Shown: positions 39,400-53,204, counted from the stretch's first letter. The stretch: DNA of 64,000 bases from Chiloscyllium plagiosum (GCF_004010195.1 NC_057728.1:43555989-43619988); one strand, 5' to 3'. Notes: generated by a model not told the origin, from the sequence alone. Translations and numbers: made by a program.

Positions 39400-41850
39400 T
39401 CGCTACTTTTATTTCAATGTGAACTAATGCTGTCTAATCTGGTCTGTATCATGATAGGGCAACTCAGTTGGAGTCATTCAGATGTGTGCTGGTCAGGCGG
39501 GTTTGAAATTTGGATTTAACCAAGTTTACATCGAAAAAGATAGATTTGCAAAGATAGGTAGAACCAAATCTGCTTTGGTCATGTGACTATACATCTCAAT
39601 ATCCACGAGATTCTAAACATTAATGGCGGATTGCCTTGATTTCAATTGAATGTAATTGAAAAGTTGAGAGTCTCTATTTCCAAAGTTATACAATCCAGTT
39701 AACCAGCACACACATTTGATCTGAAATGGGACTAATATCCACTTTCAAAAAACAGTTTGGAGTAATCATCTTATCAAGCTCCAGCTACTCAAAATCTTCA
39801 AATCTGCCTCTAAACCCTTGGCCAAGCCTGGTCAGCAAATCACTATATCTATCAATGTACAAGGTCCCAACAACAGTTTAATTTGCACCAGCTTTTGCAG
39901 CACACAAGGAAAATCATATATTTCATTTTCTGGACTTGCTGTACCAGAAGGTTAAGTTTCAACTTGAAAATTTTCACTGAACTAGTCATGTTGGAAATTG
40001 TCTTTGGCTTCCCTTGCAATTCACAGTTCAAACTTTCAATTTCTCTGTCATAACCGTTAAAACTGAAAAATCAAGCAGTCATGCACTGTTTGATAACTGA
40101 TTAATATCTTTATTTCCTGACTTCATAAAAATTATAATTTCTGATAAAATGTGAAAAAATTGATACAATATTTTTCCTTTGCCAAGCCAATGGATTTCAA
40201 TGTGCAGCAAAAGAACGCCACACCCTTAAATAATTATTAAGAAATGTCATGAAACTGTGGTGATATTTGGCATTTGCACAAATCAAATTAATAGTTCTTA
40301 CTGGAGACATAATGTGAACAAACCCTATTACTTTGGTACAAATTGCTGGTGTTGAATGGGACGGTGGTAGCACAAGAAAGGAAGGATATCGGAGTCTGCT
40401 TACACATTGCTAGGAAACCAGCATGATGCCCAATCATTGCTGCAATGCTATTAGAAGTTACTGTGTCTCCAATGGCATATTCACTTTTGTAAAATAATCC
40501 TTGACCTCATTATAGATATCAACTCCATTGTTTGTGGATTTTGGAGGCAGTAATATCGAGAATTCCTCCTTGATGGTGAAGTCTTCGATTATCTTTCAAA
40601 CAACCACTGTGAACTGAGCAATACAGCTTGTGTCAACTGATTCATCACATTGAATAGACAACCTCTTGAATTCACTTCTTTCTAAGAACTCCATGATATT
40701 GGCTGATAACAGATATCTATATACCATGGCATTTGCTCCTAATTGAATGTTTAAAATGATACACATAATTTCAGGGTTGTTATTAAAATTTCAGAATATG
40801 GACTCAGCCATCAGAATCAGTGCAATTCTAAAGAGTGCAAAATCTGTAAATGTTTTGGGTTAAACAATTGTCACAAAACTGGTCCCTTTTTGCTAAAAGC
40901 TGTTCCTTTTCTCGAGGGTACTATGTCCTTGGGTTTTTTCAGAGGGATCGTAAATAGCTCCTGGTTCTGATTAGACAATTTTGGTACAGAGGTGAAAAGG
41001 AATTTGAGAGGCCTTTTGTTTATATGTAAACAAATGAGACTTCAGGCCAAAGTGGTCATGTTTTAGAAGTGACCTGTATAATGAAAGCAGAGTGGTCAGC
41101 TCTCTCGCTAAACAGTTCAGTCCAGAACTAATTAGGAGTTCAGCTATGTGGAAAAAGTCTCTCGCTCTCCTTCTGCCCTTCTAACTTCAACCTGTAAGCA
41201 TTTGTTCCATTTTTACTGTTTTGTAAGGAGGTTTGCTTCTTGGTACTGTTGTGTATATTCAGAACAGCATAATTAAGTTTAGTTTGGATAGACTGAGTTC
41301 TGTGGGGGTTCTTCGTTCTGTTCTTTGTGTTTCATTATGTAATTTTGTGAATAAAGTTTTGTCTATTTTAAAACCTGGCAGTCAATCTCGCTAACTTAAC
41401 CTGGGTAATCTTCACTGTACACTTACCAAAACACATTGCAAAGTTATGGTCTGGGCTGCCTGCTTAAGAATGTTTTGAGTGGTCTAGCCGAGTTCATAAC
41501 ACAATGAAAAACTTTGGAAGATGTTTTTGTTGCCACAATAGCTTTCTTGGGGGGTTTGGTGAAAATGGTTGCTATTTCTGCAAGCAGTTTCTAAGTCACT
41601 TTCTGCTTGTAACTGTAGAATTGCTTTGAAGAAATTCCTTTCAAAGTCAATGTGCACCACTGCAAAGTGCTTTTTGACATTGTTGTTGATCTGACTGCAA
41701 CTCTAAATAACAGATTAAAGAGACATACTTGTCTTTTGTACCTGTTAACAAAAAATGTTCTTCCACTCTTCGTGGAAGTAGCATTTTGTCTGGTTGATGG
41801 ATGGACTTTATTCTGCATTCATGTTGTCACCAAGGGTAGATTATTCTTCC
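39400..41850 (-). pseudogene. hAT transposase fossil (Charlie/SPIN/GTF2IRD2-like), split by a solo LTR
   Basis: Minus strand: C-terminal FGSTYLCKSIFFDVNLVKSKFQTRLTSTHLNDS (39470-39570), catalytic region SIQCDESVD..AQF and KEEF..LLP (40550-40660), N-terminal VCLF and NVKKHF (41650-41760). Confidence 0.85.
40869..41501 (+). mobile_element. Solo LTR (LTR family B)
   Basis: TGTCA...TAACA termini, 4-bp TSD CAAT on both sides, AATAAA near 41350; related copy at 46450-47078. Confidence 0.9.
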
Positions 41851-42369
41851 CACACAATTTAGTTACCTATTAGGAAACCTCACAGTGTTACTATAGCAAT
41901 GACACACAAAGGAACAGGGTTGGCAACGAGTAAGCTAGCTTGTTGCAGGAAATTAATTATCTTACTGGAATCCTGTAATCCTACTAGCTGTTCTTTCAAA
42001 CCTTAATGTGCACAACTCACTGTCAGGTGATAAAACTACCAGTCACTCATGATCAACATGTGATGACATCTGCACCAAACAGAATGGGCTGCCCAATCCA
42101 ACCACACTATGCTCTGCTCAACTGAAGCTGGCAAAAAGGATGTTATTTACTCTGAAGAGCTGGGAAATTAGATGCAATCTTCTGAAGAAAAAGATAAGGA
42201 CATTGAATAGGAGGAACTTCACTTTCATGTGCTACAAGTTAGAAGCAACAAGCCATAAAGGGCTTAATTAACATGCAGTTCTCATAGATTTAGGTTGGGT
42301 CCAATAATTATTTTTGACTGTAAATATGTTTTGTTGGAAAGACAAATTGTCCCTGACAGATGAAGCTGT

Positions 42370-43400
42370 TATAGAGTCATGGAGTCATACAGCATGGAAA
42401 CAGATGCTTCGATCAAACTAGTCCAACATAATCTCAAACTAAACTTGTCTCACCTGTCTGCTCGGTTCATATCCCCCCACACCTTTCCCATACATGTTCT
42501 TATCCAAATGTCTTTTAAACATTCTAATTGTGCCATATCCCCCACTTCCTCAGGAAGTGCATTCTACGTGTGAATCATCCTCTGTTAAAATAAAATGCCC
42601 CCATGTCTTTTTTTTTAAATCTCTCTCTTCTCACCTTAAAAACGTGCCCCCAGTCTTGAAATTGCATGACCAATGCAAAAGACACCTACCATTAACCCTA
42701 TCTCTTCCCCTCATGATCTTATAAACTTGTATAACGTCACCTTGCAATCTCCTATGCTCCAGTGAATAATGTCCCAGCCTATTCAGCCTTTTTTTGTAAC
42801 TCGATTCTTCCAAACCCAGTAACTTCCTGGTAAATCTCTTCTGAACTCTCTCCTGCTTAATAACATCCTTCTTATAACTGGGCAACCAGGACTGGACATA
42901 GTACTGCAGAAGAGGTCTCACCAGTGTCTTATACAACCTCAACATGACTTACCAACTCTTGCACTCAAAGGACTGAGCAATGAAGGCATGCTAAAAGCCT
43001 TTTTCACCACCCTGCATATATGTGATCAACCACAGGAAGACAGACATCGATGACAACAGCCACTGTGTGGTTTTGAAATTAAGTTGATGTAATTTTAATG
43101 TGGGTTTTTTATGGGAACGGTATATTGTTATATAGAGTGGGAGGCAAAAAACGAGCATTTAAGAGAAAGGATTCCTGAAGAAGGGCTTATGCCCGAAACG
43201 TCGATTGTCCTGTCCTTGGATGCTGCCTGACCTGCTGCGCTTTTCCAGCAACACATTTTTCAGCTCTGATTTCCAGCATCTGCAGTCCTCACTTTCTCCC
43301 TGCATATATGTGATGCAAACATCAAGAATTATGTACGTCCCTCTGTTCTACAACACTGCCCAAAGCCCTATAATTAACTGTATAATTCCTACCCCAGTTT
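42370..43400 (-). mobile_element. CR1 3' fragment
   Basis: MLRLYKTLVRPLLQYYVQSW..ERVQKRFTR. Confidence 0.92.
43027..43297 (+). mobile_element. Chimeric insertion: 145-bp LTR fragment fused to a Penelope-like terminus with hammerhead motif (43175-43202)
   Basis: 17-bp TSD CCCTGCATATATGTGAT (43010-43026, 43298-43314); 43027-43171 matches 43932-44073. Confidence 0.88.
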
Positions 43401-43517
43401 GACTTTGCTTCATTTTTGCGGTTGCTGAATAAAACTAAATTTTTTCAACTGTTTGAAGACTTTCCAGTATGTGACACTTCCATAATAAATGATCAGAAAA
43501 TGTGAGGCTAAACTGGG

Positions 43518-44260
43518 TGTTATGAAGTTGAAGGTGTGTACTGTACCTTTAAGAGACAATGAATGCTGTTTTGCACTGAGAGCTTACAAGCACCTGTCAT
43601 GTGACTGACTAGCAGTCTCAGAGTGGACTGGAAAATTTAAAATATGTAACATTTGGCTGTAAACTAGATACCCGAGTTGTTTTGACCATAATTCAAATCT
43701 AACCAATCAGTTTAAATTGTACCCCAGGATATAAAATCAATCAATTTTGAATTTATTATTTTTGGCAATCTCAAACCAATGAGACGATCCAATGTTAGGG
43801 ATATAAAGTTAGACAGAGAGTAACTGCCAACTATAGAGAGACTGCCATTCAAAAACAATCTCTATCAAAGGTAGCTTTTCCATATGGAACATCTTTGTGG
43901 CAAAAGATCAAAGACGACCCAGGAAAATCTTCAACCAGAGGAAGACAGACACCGATGACAACAGCCACTGTGTGGTTTTGAAATTAAGTTGATGTAATTT
44001 TAATGTGGGTTTTTATGGAACGGTATATTGTTATATACAGTGGGAAGCAAAAACAAGCATTTAAGAGAAAGGAGGCATAGAGCTGTAAATAGTTATAGTT
44101 TAATGTTCAGTTTTAGAGTTAAAGAATAAACTGATTTTTTTCTTCAAATAGTAGAATTTGGAGTTCTCTGTCACTCATACTTTAACAGATTACAAGGCAA
44201 TGTGAGCTTTTCTGGGTGTTTGGTTTCATTAACAGAAGGGTTCACTGCCATGTCCTAACA
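43518..44260 (+). mobile_element. Solo LTR related to the LTR at 1127
   Basis: TGTTA...TAACA termini, 5-bp TSD CTGGG, TATAAA near 43802, AATAAA near 44125. Confidence 0.93.
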
Positions 44261-46449
44261 CTGGGTGTTTGGGAAAGGAAAGCACTCCCTGCTCTAAGAT
44301 GGTATGATACTAGTGATGGGTAATCTATGTAGCTTGCTTCTCAACTACCTATACATTTTATGATTGTGCACTTGTATATGCAATGAAATATCAACAGTGT
44401 CACCTTTCTGCCCTCAGAGCCTGTGAAAGGCAATTCCTAACTGGCAGTGCTGAATCTGATGCATGCCTAAGCTTTAAAAATGGTGCCAAAGATGGGAATT
44501 TCAGGAGGTCCCGGCAATGATGTATACTAGCATTATTACTGAGTGGTTGGTGGAACAAGTGAGGCACCATAGAGGCATGTACAATGTTATATTGGTGTTT
44601 GCGTTGGAACAGGGAATTATGTAACAAGTAAACAAATAGTAAATCTCAATAACAACACTTTATTGATGACTTTCACACCTCCACAGCTGATTCTAGGGTG
44701 GACCCAAGCTTCACCCTTCTGGGTCACCTGATGACCCCACGGAAAAGTAGCAGCACCCATAACTAGGTACATAAAATAAAGGAGGAGGAGTCTTCAAACT
44801 CCCATTAATACATGTATACCACAATTATCAAGATTATACAAGCATTAAAGATAACGTGCATATAGTCAGAAATATTTACCAAAGCATGGAAATCGTGGAA
44901 GAATTACCACTCCTCCTTTATACAAGACATTCTGTTCATAAACATGGTTCTTAGCTCGCAATTAAACATAAGGAGTTTGGTGAATACTGGGTCATCACGT
45001 GTGGTGTTTTACTACACACGTTGAGGAACCTGTTGATTCACTGTCGTAGCGATCCTCCTCTTGAAGCCTTTAACACCTGCTTCAAGATTTGAACAATTTA
45101 CTCTGCCTGGCCATTTGTTGCAGAGTAATGCGGAGCCAATCTCACATGTGTGATTCTGTGATTTTACAGGTACTCCTTGAACTCTTGCGCCATAAACTGT
45201 GGATCATTGACACTCATGACTTGTTCAGGGTTCCTGAACCTGACAAAGATTTCGTCCAGTCAATCTATCATTGCTTACTGATACTGACCTCATGACCACC
45301 ACCTAAGGCTACTTGGAGTAGGCATCCAGATCACTTGTAGTGTCTGTCCCTCTACTGGCCCCATGAAATCAATGTGAATTCGTTGCCATGGTATTTGAGA
45401 CCTTTACCGTGGGTAAAGGGGCAATAACAGCAGTGCCTTCCTCACAAATGAGCAGATTTTGCATGCTCCTGCTTTCTCCTCGATCTGGAAGTCCATATTC
45501 AGCCACCAAAAATAGCTCCTGGCTATCTGTTTCACTTGCACCATGCTGGGGTGCACTTGCTCTGACATCATTCATTTTACTGGAGAAGGAATAACAAGTC
45601 TCATTTCCCCATGAAACATCTGTCCAATAGAGACAATTCCTAACTCCTGGGTAGGTAAGGGCATATATTTTGGCCAGTTTCTGTGACTGGTCCTCCCGCT
45701 CAGGACTAAATCCACCACTCGGCTCAAAACGGTTAGTTCCAAGTAGCATTCTGCACCTGATTTGATGACACTGGAACTTTGTCATCCTGGGAAAGTACAT
45801 AATATTCAGATTTCAGTCAGAAACATCTATATTGCCTGGAAGTGGCAAGCCTTATCAGAGCATTTGCATTGTCATGCTTCTCCGCCAGTCGGCATGTGAT
45901 CTCACATAAATAAGCTGACAGTGCCAGTGCCCAGCTCTGCACACATGCTTCCTCCATTGATGGCATCCCCATATATGGGCCAAAAATGGAGGTTAGAGAT
46001 TTGTGGTCATCAGTAGCATGGAGGCCCTGACAAAAAGAGAATGGGTGAACTTCTTAATGCCACACACGATGCTCAATCTTTCTTTCTTGACTTGAGTATG
46101 ATTCTCCAGCGTCCTTGTTTGTGACCTTTATGAGTACACAAATGGGTCTTTACTTGCTCTTCGGTAAGATGAACAACAGTACAGCACCAAGCCCTGAAAG
46201 CGAAGTGTCACATGCTAACTGCAGTGGCAACTTTGGGTCGAAATATGTTGACACTTCTGACCTTTTTAAGAGTTGCTCTACCTCGTGGTAAACCACGTCA
46301 CATTCCCAGGTCCATTTCCATGGCTACCTTTTTCCCAACAAACAATGCAAAGGTTTCAACACAGATGCCAGATCAGACACAAGTTTGCCAGAGTAATTTA
46401 CAAGTCCCAAGAAAGATCTCAGTTGAGACAAATTCTGTGGTCGAGGGGC

Positions 46450-47078
46450 TTTCACAATGTTGGTCTTTTTACAAGGTTACTATGCCCTTGAGTTTTTTTT
46501 TCAAGAGAAGGGGAAATTGGCCAGGCTCCAGCAAGGCTAGGTTTGAAAGGTTTATTGGGGCCCTTTACCCCTGTTTACCCCTAATAGATAATGCCTCCGG
46601 CCTAAGGCTTTCATGTCTTAAACAAATTGACATAATCAAAGGGGAGTGGCCAGCTAGCAGTATAGTGAGCCTTCATTTTGATTCAGTTCAGCAGCAGTGT
46701 GTGTGAAGAAAGGCTGCTGGGCCAAGTCCAGCCTGGTACCCCCTCTCTCTAACTTCAAGTCCTGGTTTGTTTCATTTTTACTCTTTGTGCTAAGGGGTCT
46801 GTTTATAGGACTGTTACAAGTATTTTCGGAACAGCATCATTAAGTTGAGATAGTCTGTTGGGTTTTCGGATGGGATAAGCTATCCGATATTCTATTTTCT
46901 GTTCTTTGTGTTTCATTCCATAATTTTGGAAATAAATTATGTTTGTTTTAAACTTTGCAGTCAAATCAGCTAATTCACTCCGGGAATATCACTATACACT
47001 TACCTAAACAAATAACAAAGTTATGGTCTGGGCTACCTGCTTAAGAATGTTTCGAGAGGTCAGGCCTGGTCCATAACA
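46450..47078 (+). mobile_element. Solo LTR (LTR family B), older, inside Gypsy pol
   Basis: 3' end GTTATGGTCTGGGCTACCTGCTTAAGAATG..CATAACA shared with 40869-41501; 5' TG and TSD decayed. Confidence 0.8.
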
Positions 47079-47484
47079 CCTATCTGCTGAGGACTTTGTG
47101 TACTCCCTGGCCACCGATTACATGCCCAATTCTCTCTGGAGTCTTTACAACCTTTGAATTTCCCTCTTCTTACTTGTCGGCCATGCTCCTACAATCATTT
47201 TACGGTTCCTTCTAAATTCTTCAAATGCTCCTCTTTGGAGGATCCAGTAATCAAAATATCATCCAGATAACACTAGATTCCTGGCAACCCACGTAAATAT
47301 TCAAGGCAACAGAACTGTGAAGCTTAAAGCAAGTTACTTGCAGTGGAAAGATCTCCTGTGTCACTATCATCTGCTGTGGCTGAGTCTTCTTTGCAAGCAC
47401 CATCTGTAAGTAGGCCTGCGACAAATCCATTTTTGAAAATTTCTTTCTCCCTGCCAGTCCACTGAATAGATCTTTTATGATATG

Positions 47485-48150
47485 ATTTGACTTATTATTG
47501 TCACATTTCCCAAGACACAGCAAAAAGTATTGTTTTGTGTGCTATCCATTCCTTATATAGATACTAATCAAAGCTTATATAAGTGCATCAGGGTACTAGA
47601 AAAGAGTACAGAATTAAATGTTACAATTACGGAGAAGTTGCAGAGAAAGATCAACTTAAAAAAGGAAAGTCTATTCATAAGTCTAATAATAGCAAGGAAG
47701 AAGCTGTACTTGAATCTGTTGGTATGTTTTGTCCAACCTTTGTATCATCTGCCCAAAGGAAAAAGGTAGGAGAGAGTATAACCAGGTTGGGAGGGTTCTT
47801 TGATCATATTGGCTGCTTTCCTGAGGCAGTGGAAAGTATAGACAGAGTCAACTGAATGAAGGCTGGACTGGACTGTATTCACAACTCTGTAACTTCTCAT
47901 GGTCTTGGGCAGGGTAGTTGCCAAACCAAGCTGTAATGCATCCAGATAGGATGCTTTCTCTGGTGCATCTATAAAAATTACAAAGAATCACTGTGGACAT
48001 GCCAAATTTCCTTATCCTTCTGAGGAAGTAGAGGCATTGGTGTACTCTCTTGGCTGTAGCAAAGACATGTAGGACCAGGACAGATTGTTGGTGATATTTA
48101 CTCCTCGGAAGTTGAAGCTCTCAACCACCTCCATCTCAGTACCATGACTG
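47485..48150 (-). mobile_element. Rex1/Babar LINE 3' fragment
   Basis: Same RT C-terminal sequence as 49730-50870 (HQCLYFLR..RKFG, FYRCT.ESIL). Confidence 0.8.
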
Positions 48151-49139
48151 GAAGGGAGTATTGATTCGGACTCAAGGCTAGGTTATCTGTGCCCTTAAAG
48201 TCCCAACAAATCCTCACTGCATCATGTGTTTTTAAGGCTGGAACAATGGGAATACGAGAACACTGGAGGTTACTGGTTTCAAGGCTCCCAGATTCATCAG
48301 CTGTTCCAGTTCCACCTCCACTTTAGGTCAGCTGGTATATGGTGCCGGACGTACCTTCAAACTCTTAGAACGAATCTCTGACTTCCATTGTTATTTAGTT
48401 TTGACTGCTTTCACTTCACCAAGGTTCCTTTGTGTTTGTCCAGGATCTCTTGCAACTCATGTTCGAGTGTGCCAGCCTGTTATCCACAGCCCAGTTCAAC
48501 CTTAATTTTTGTAACCAGGACCATCCAAACAATGTAGAGTATTTGCCTTTTACTACGCAAAGTAGAAATTCTGCACTTTGGTCCTGTAACTATACTGGCA
48601 CCAGTTCATAGCCTTCAGTGGCATCACTTGTTCTGTGTATTTCTGTGATATAATTTTGGCAGGCTTCAATGGCAATGCTCTCAACTTCTCCTTATAGACT
48701 GATTCATGAATTAGGCACACCAATCCACTTTGATTTTTACTTTCTTCTCCTTTGGGAAAAACCTAGAAACAGCCATTTCCAACCAACATCAACAGTATGT
48801 TTATGGATTGATTTATTGTTGTGTGTACTGAAGTACAGTGAAGAGCTTTGTTTACGAGCAGTACAGGCAGGTCATACAAGCAAGGATGTACAGATCAAAG
48901 AGACTTAGACAGAGGCATACGGGTTACATTGCACAGGGTGTGAGTGAGATGAGATCAGCATTAGCAAGATCAACATTATATGAGGCAACAGATTCCATTA
49001 ATCAGTCTATTAAGGGCCAGGAAGAAGCTGATTCTGAACTTAGTAGTGTGTGTGTGTGTTCAGGCTTCTCTATTTTCTGCCTTACGGAAGAGATTGTAGG
49101 AGAGCATTGCCAAGGTGTGATGGATCTTTGATGATGTTT

Positions 49140-49730
49140 TAGAGCCACAGGTGTCCAGCACAGAAACAATCCTAATCTAATCTAGTGCCATTTGTCAGCA
49201 CTTGCCTCGTATCCCTCTCAACCCTTTCTATTTATATACCTATCCAGATGCCTTTTAATTGTTGTAATTGTACCAGCTTCCACCACTTCCTCTGGCAGCT
49301 TATTCCACACATGCACCACCCTCTGCATGAAAGGCTTGCCCCATATGTCCCTTTTAAAATTTTGCCCTCTCACCCTAAACCTATACCCTCCAGTTCTGGA
49401 CTCCCCTACCACAGGAAAAAGACTTTCTCTGTTTACTCTATCAATGCCCCTCATGATTTTATAAACCTCTATAAGGTCACCCCTCAGCCTCTGGTGCTCC
49501 AAGGAAAACATCTCTGGCCTATTCAGCCTCTCCCTACAGCTCAAAGCCTCCAACCCTGGCAACATTCTTGTAAATTTTTTCTGAACCCTTTCAAGTTTCA
49601 CAACATCCTCCCAATGGGAGGGAGGCCAGAATTACACACAATATTCTAGAAGTGGCCTAACCAGTGTCCCAACTCTGATGTTCAATGCTCTGACCAATAA
49701 AGGAAAGCATAACAAATGCCTTCTTCACAT
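49140..49730 (-). mobile_element. CR1 3' fragment
   Basis: KLERVQKKFTRMLPGLE..RLRGDLIEVYKIMRG. Confidence 0.93.
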
Positions 49731-50449
49731 GTTGGCAGTGAGCTGTGTAAATGGAGTGCATGAAAAAGAGGTTGACTTCCATGATGGTCTGGGGTGTGCA
49801 CACAATAGTCTGAAGTTTCTTACATTCCTGGGCAGTGCAGTTGCCATACCAGGCTGTTATGCACGCATACAGTATGCTTTCAATGGTGCATCTGTAGAAG
49901 TTAGTGAGGATACTTACGGACTTAACAAATTTCCTGAAGCACCTGAGGAAGAAGAGGTGTTGTTGTGCCTTCTTGACCTTCACATCTATGTGGGAAATTG
50001 GTTATCTTCACTCCGAGGAACTTGATGCTTTCCACCCTCTCAACCTCAGTTCCGTTGCTGAAAATGGGAGCATGTTCTCCTTTCTTTCTCAAGTCAATGA
50101 TCAGTCCTTTAGTTTTGCCAATGTTGAGAAAGAAGTTGTTCTCCTTGCACCATGTCTCCAAGCCCCCTATCTCCCTTCTGTATTTTGACTCGCTGTTAGA
50201 TATTTGTCCTGCTATGGTGGTGTCATTAGCGAACTTGCATATGGCATTCGTTCATAATTTGGCAACACAGTCATGGGTGAACAAGGAGTATAGTAGGGTG
50301 TTGAGGATGCATTCTCGGAGGGCTCCAGTGTTGAGTGTTATGTGAAGGAAGTGCAGTTACCTACCTTCACTGATTGCAATCTGTGGGTCAGGAGGCTGAG
50401 GATCCAGTTGCAGAGGGCAGTGCTGAGACCAAGGTTCATGGAGTTTTGA

Positions 50450-50779
50450 AGTTAAAAGCACACACAACAGCAGGTTATAGTCTAACAGGTTTATTTGGAA
50501 GTACAAGCTTTTGGACCACTGCTCCTTTGCTGGGTGGCTAGTGGGGCAGATTATAAGGCACAGAATTTATTGTAAAAGATCAAAGTGTCATATAACTGAA
50601 GCACTATATTGAACAAACCTAGATTGCTGTTAAGTCTTTAGTCATTAGCCCCACTAGCCACCTGACGAAGGAGCAGTGCTCCGAAAGCATGTACTTCCAA
50701 ATAAACTTGTTGGACTAAAACCTGGGGCTGCTTGATTTTTAACTGTATCCAGCCCAGTCCAAAATCGGCACCTTCACAT
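50450..50779 (+). mobile_element. Inverted-arm mini Penelope-like element (family 4) with hammerhead-like motif at 50662-50690
   Basis: 50451-50545 is the inverse of 50648-50744; flanking repeat TCATGGAGTT(T/C)TGA; CTGACGA-A-GGAGC-AGT-GCTCC-GAAA. Confidence 0.82.
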
Positions 50780-52409
50780 CATGGAGTTCTGAGATCAGTC
50801 TGGAGGCGATAATGGTATTGAAGGCAGAGCTTTAGACAATGATCAGGAGTCTGACATGGGTGTTTAACTGAAACTCTGCTGACTCTGGCTCTTCTGCTTC
50901 TTCCGCAGACCCAGCTGACTCCTTGTCTACTCTCTGGCTGGCGGCATGTACTCTATACATTGTCCTCAGGATTGTTTCTTTCTGACTGCACTTCTCGTGT
51001 TCAGATTGTACCTGGTAATTTCGGGCAAAATGATGTACTCGTTTACACCTGTGACACTAGGCCTCTCAGGTGGATCTTGTTGTCTTCTTGTGGCCACTCT
51101 TGTCACATTAGTGGCAGTCTACAGTTGGTACTGCACTCTTCAGTGTTTCCAGAACTTGATGCACTCAACCATTGTTAGCGAACTGGGTTGCTTTACTGGC
51201 AGCCAATTCCGTCAAGGTATCAATTTTTAAACTTCCTTGAAATCCAGTTCTCCCTTTGTCAGTAGTTTCCATTGGATGGCTTTGTGTCAGAGGTCATAAT
51301 CCAAATAGCCCCACAAGGCATCTTGGAGGAACATTCTGAATTCACAATTTTCCACTAACCAATTTAATGAAGCCATAGACAATGGGACTGTACCCAAGTG
51401 TAAAAATGGAAACATTCCACGATCATCAGCAAGTTGGCTGCAAAATAATTTCCTAACTTTGCATAGCTCTTGGAATGGCTTTTTCTGCAGGCTTTTGAAA
51501 TTAAAGCATTTCATATATAAAACCCAATTTTCTGGCTCTTCATCAAATGGTCCCATTTTGTTTTCCTGCCAGCAGAAATGTTTCCCACCATGCCAGTCTA
51601 GTAGCTGTTTGCAGCCAGAGTTCCTCCAAGCAGCCCATGTTGGGCACTCCCTCACCAGCTAGGATGCCATTACTCCCTGGTATAGCTTGCAGCCTGAGTT
51701 TCCTTGTGACCGATCTCCACAGCGGCTTCGGTAGTTGCCGAGTGCATACAATTTTCTTCTGCTGCCAGCCCAAATCCCCTCACGACTGCTCTCACCCACT
51801 TCCCAGTGAGTATGTTTTTTCCTGACATCAACAGCGGCCTGGGTCCTCTCACGACTGCTTCCCTTGATGTTATCTCCTTAATGTTGTGCTGCTTCCAAAG
51901 TCTAGATGACATCTGCTCTGGACAAAAACAAAATGGCTGTTGTACACAGTTCATAGGCTGCATCCCATCCTTGACGCTAGTTGTTATGTTGGTGCTTTCT
52001 TTGGAACCAGGCATTACATAACTGGTAGACAAATGGCAAATCTGAACAGAAACACTATTGATGATGCTCACATTTCCACTGCCAGTTCTAGACTTCACGC
52101 AACCTCCACCCCTCTAAGTCACCTGACTAGCTCTCTTAAACAGGCAGCACCCCAACTACACACACAACAGATAGTTAATGAGGCGAGCAGGGAGAATAGC
52201 ATGAGAAACATCGCTAGGCTCATAGAACGGAACCGTCCATGAAACTTACAAAAGCTGACACTAAACCAATTTCTGGTAAAATTAATTTCTATGTTTTCAG
52301 AAAAGATCAGCACGTCTACAGGGCACATTGCTAAACAAATGTGAACAGTGAGTCAGCAAGATAATGTCAAGGAGAGAAGCACAAGGATGTGACTCAGTGT
52401 TAGAAAACA

Positions 52410-52665
52410 TTCAATTCCTGCCTCAGGCGACTGACTGTGTGGAGTTTGCACATGCTCCCCGTGTCTGTGTGGGTTTCCTCCGGGTGCTCCGGTTTCCTCC
52501 TACAGTCCAAAATTGTGACGGTTAGGTGAATTGGCCAAGCTAAAATGCCCGTAGTGTTAGGTGAAGGGGTAAAATGTAGGGGAATGGGTCTGGGTGGGTG
52601 GCGGGTAGGTGTGGACTTGTTGGGCCGAAGGGCCTGCTTCCGCACTGTAAGTAATCCAATCTTAA
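52410..52665 (+). mobile_element. HE1-like SINE, 5'-truncated
   Basis: Starts within the B-box TTCAATTCC; tail CACTGTAAGTAATCCAATC. Confidence 0.92.
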
Positions 52666-53137
52666 TTAAGAAAAAAGTTGACTGAGTGTTGATGAACCAG
52701 AGTCAGAGTTATGAACACTGTAGAGATACCTAAACACATTGTTTCATGGGTCAGTCACACCCCTTGGATTAATTGCATCAAATTTGGTCTATGATCAGGG
52801 CAGGTATGACTGTGAGTGAGGCATGTATTGGGATCCAGAATTTTATCTTGGAGGAACCTCAAATAGTGCCTTCGTCCAATAAGTATGAGGACACAGGTTG
52901 CAGGGAGGATGAGCAAAGTGAACACAGCAGCATGATCTAGAGCAGGATTCTCAATCTGTTTTGGCCATGGCTCCCCTAGGAACTCTTCTTAGGTTCCAGG
53001 ACTCACCGCCACCTTTCAAACAGGTATACAACACGAACAGAAAATCATTTATTATTGAACACCAAGTAAACTTGAACATTCCGAGGTACTGGACAAAACT
53101 TGACAAAAGACTATGAAATTAAACATCTATTAGGCCT

Positions 53138-53204
53138 AGCAGAGTGGCGCAGCGGGAGCGTGGTGAGCCCATAGCCCAGAGGTCGATGGATCGAAACCAT
53201 CTTC
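53138..53204 (+). pseudogene. Initiator tRNA-Met (CAT) pseudogene, 3' acceptor stem truncated
   Basis: AGCAGAGTGGCGCAGCGGGAGCGTGGTGAGCCCATAGCCCAGAGGTCGATGGATCGAAACCATC: vertebrate tRNA-iMet with about 4 substitutions in 64 nt, including the diagnostic ATCG T-loop. Confidence 0.93.

Larger units (their letters stand above)
48795..50870 (-). mobile_element. Rex1/Babar LINE, interrupted by CR1 and a Penelope-like element
   Basis: WCKENNFFLNIGKTKGLIIDLRK..VERVESIKFLGV, KKAQQHLFFLR..LTNFYRCTIESIL..WYGNCTAQ. Confidence 0.88.
44620..52390 (-). mobile_element. Fragmented Ty3/Gypsy element (Mag/K02A2.6-like), bounds approximate, many nested insertions
   Basis: Gag start MGPFDEEPENWVLY (about 51560), RT DLFSGLAGRKKFSKMDLSQAYLQM (about 47400-47475), RNase H LPLQLACDTSLSGLGAVL (about 46180-46230), possible PBS TGGCAGTGG at about 52076-52084 (-). 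Confidence 0.8.
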
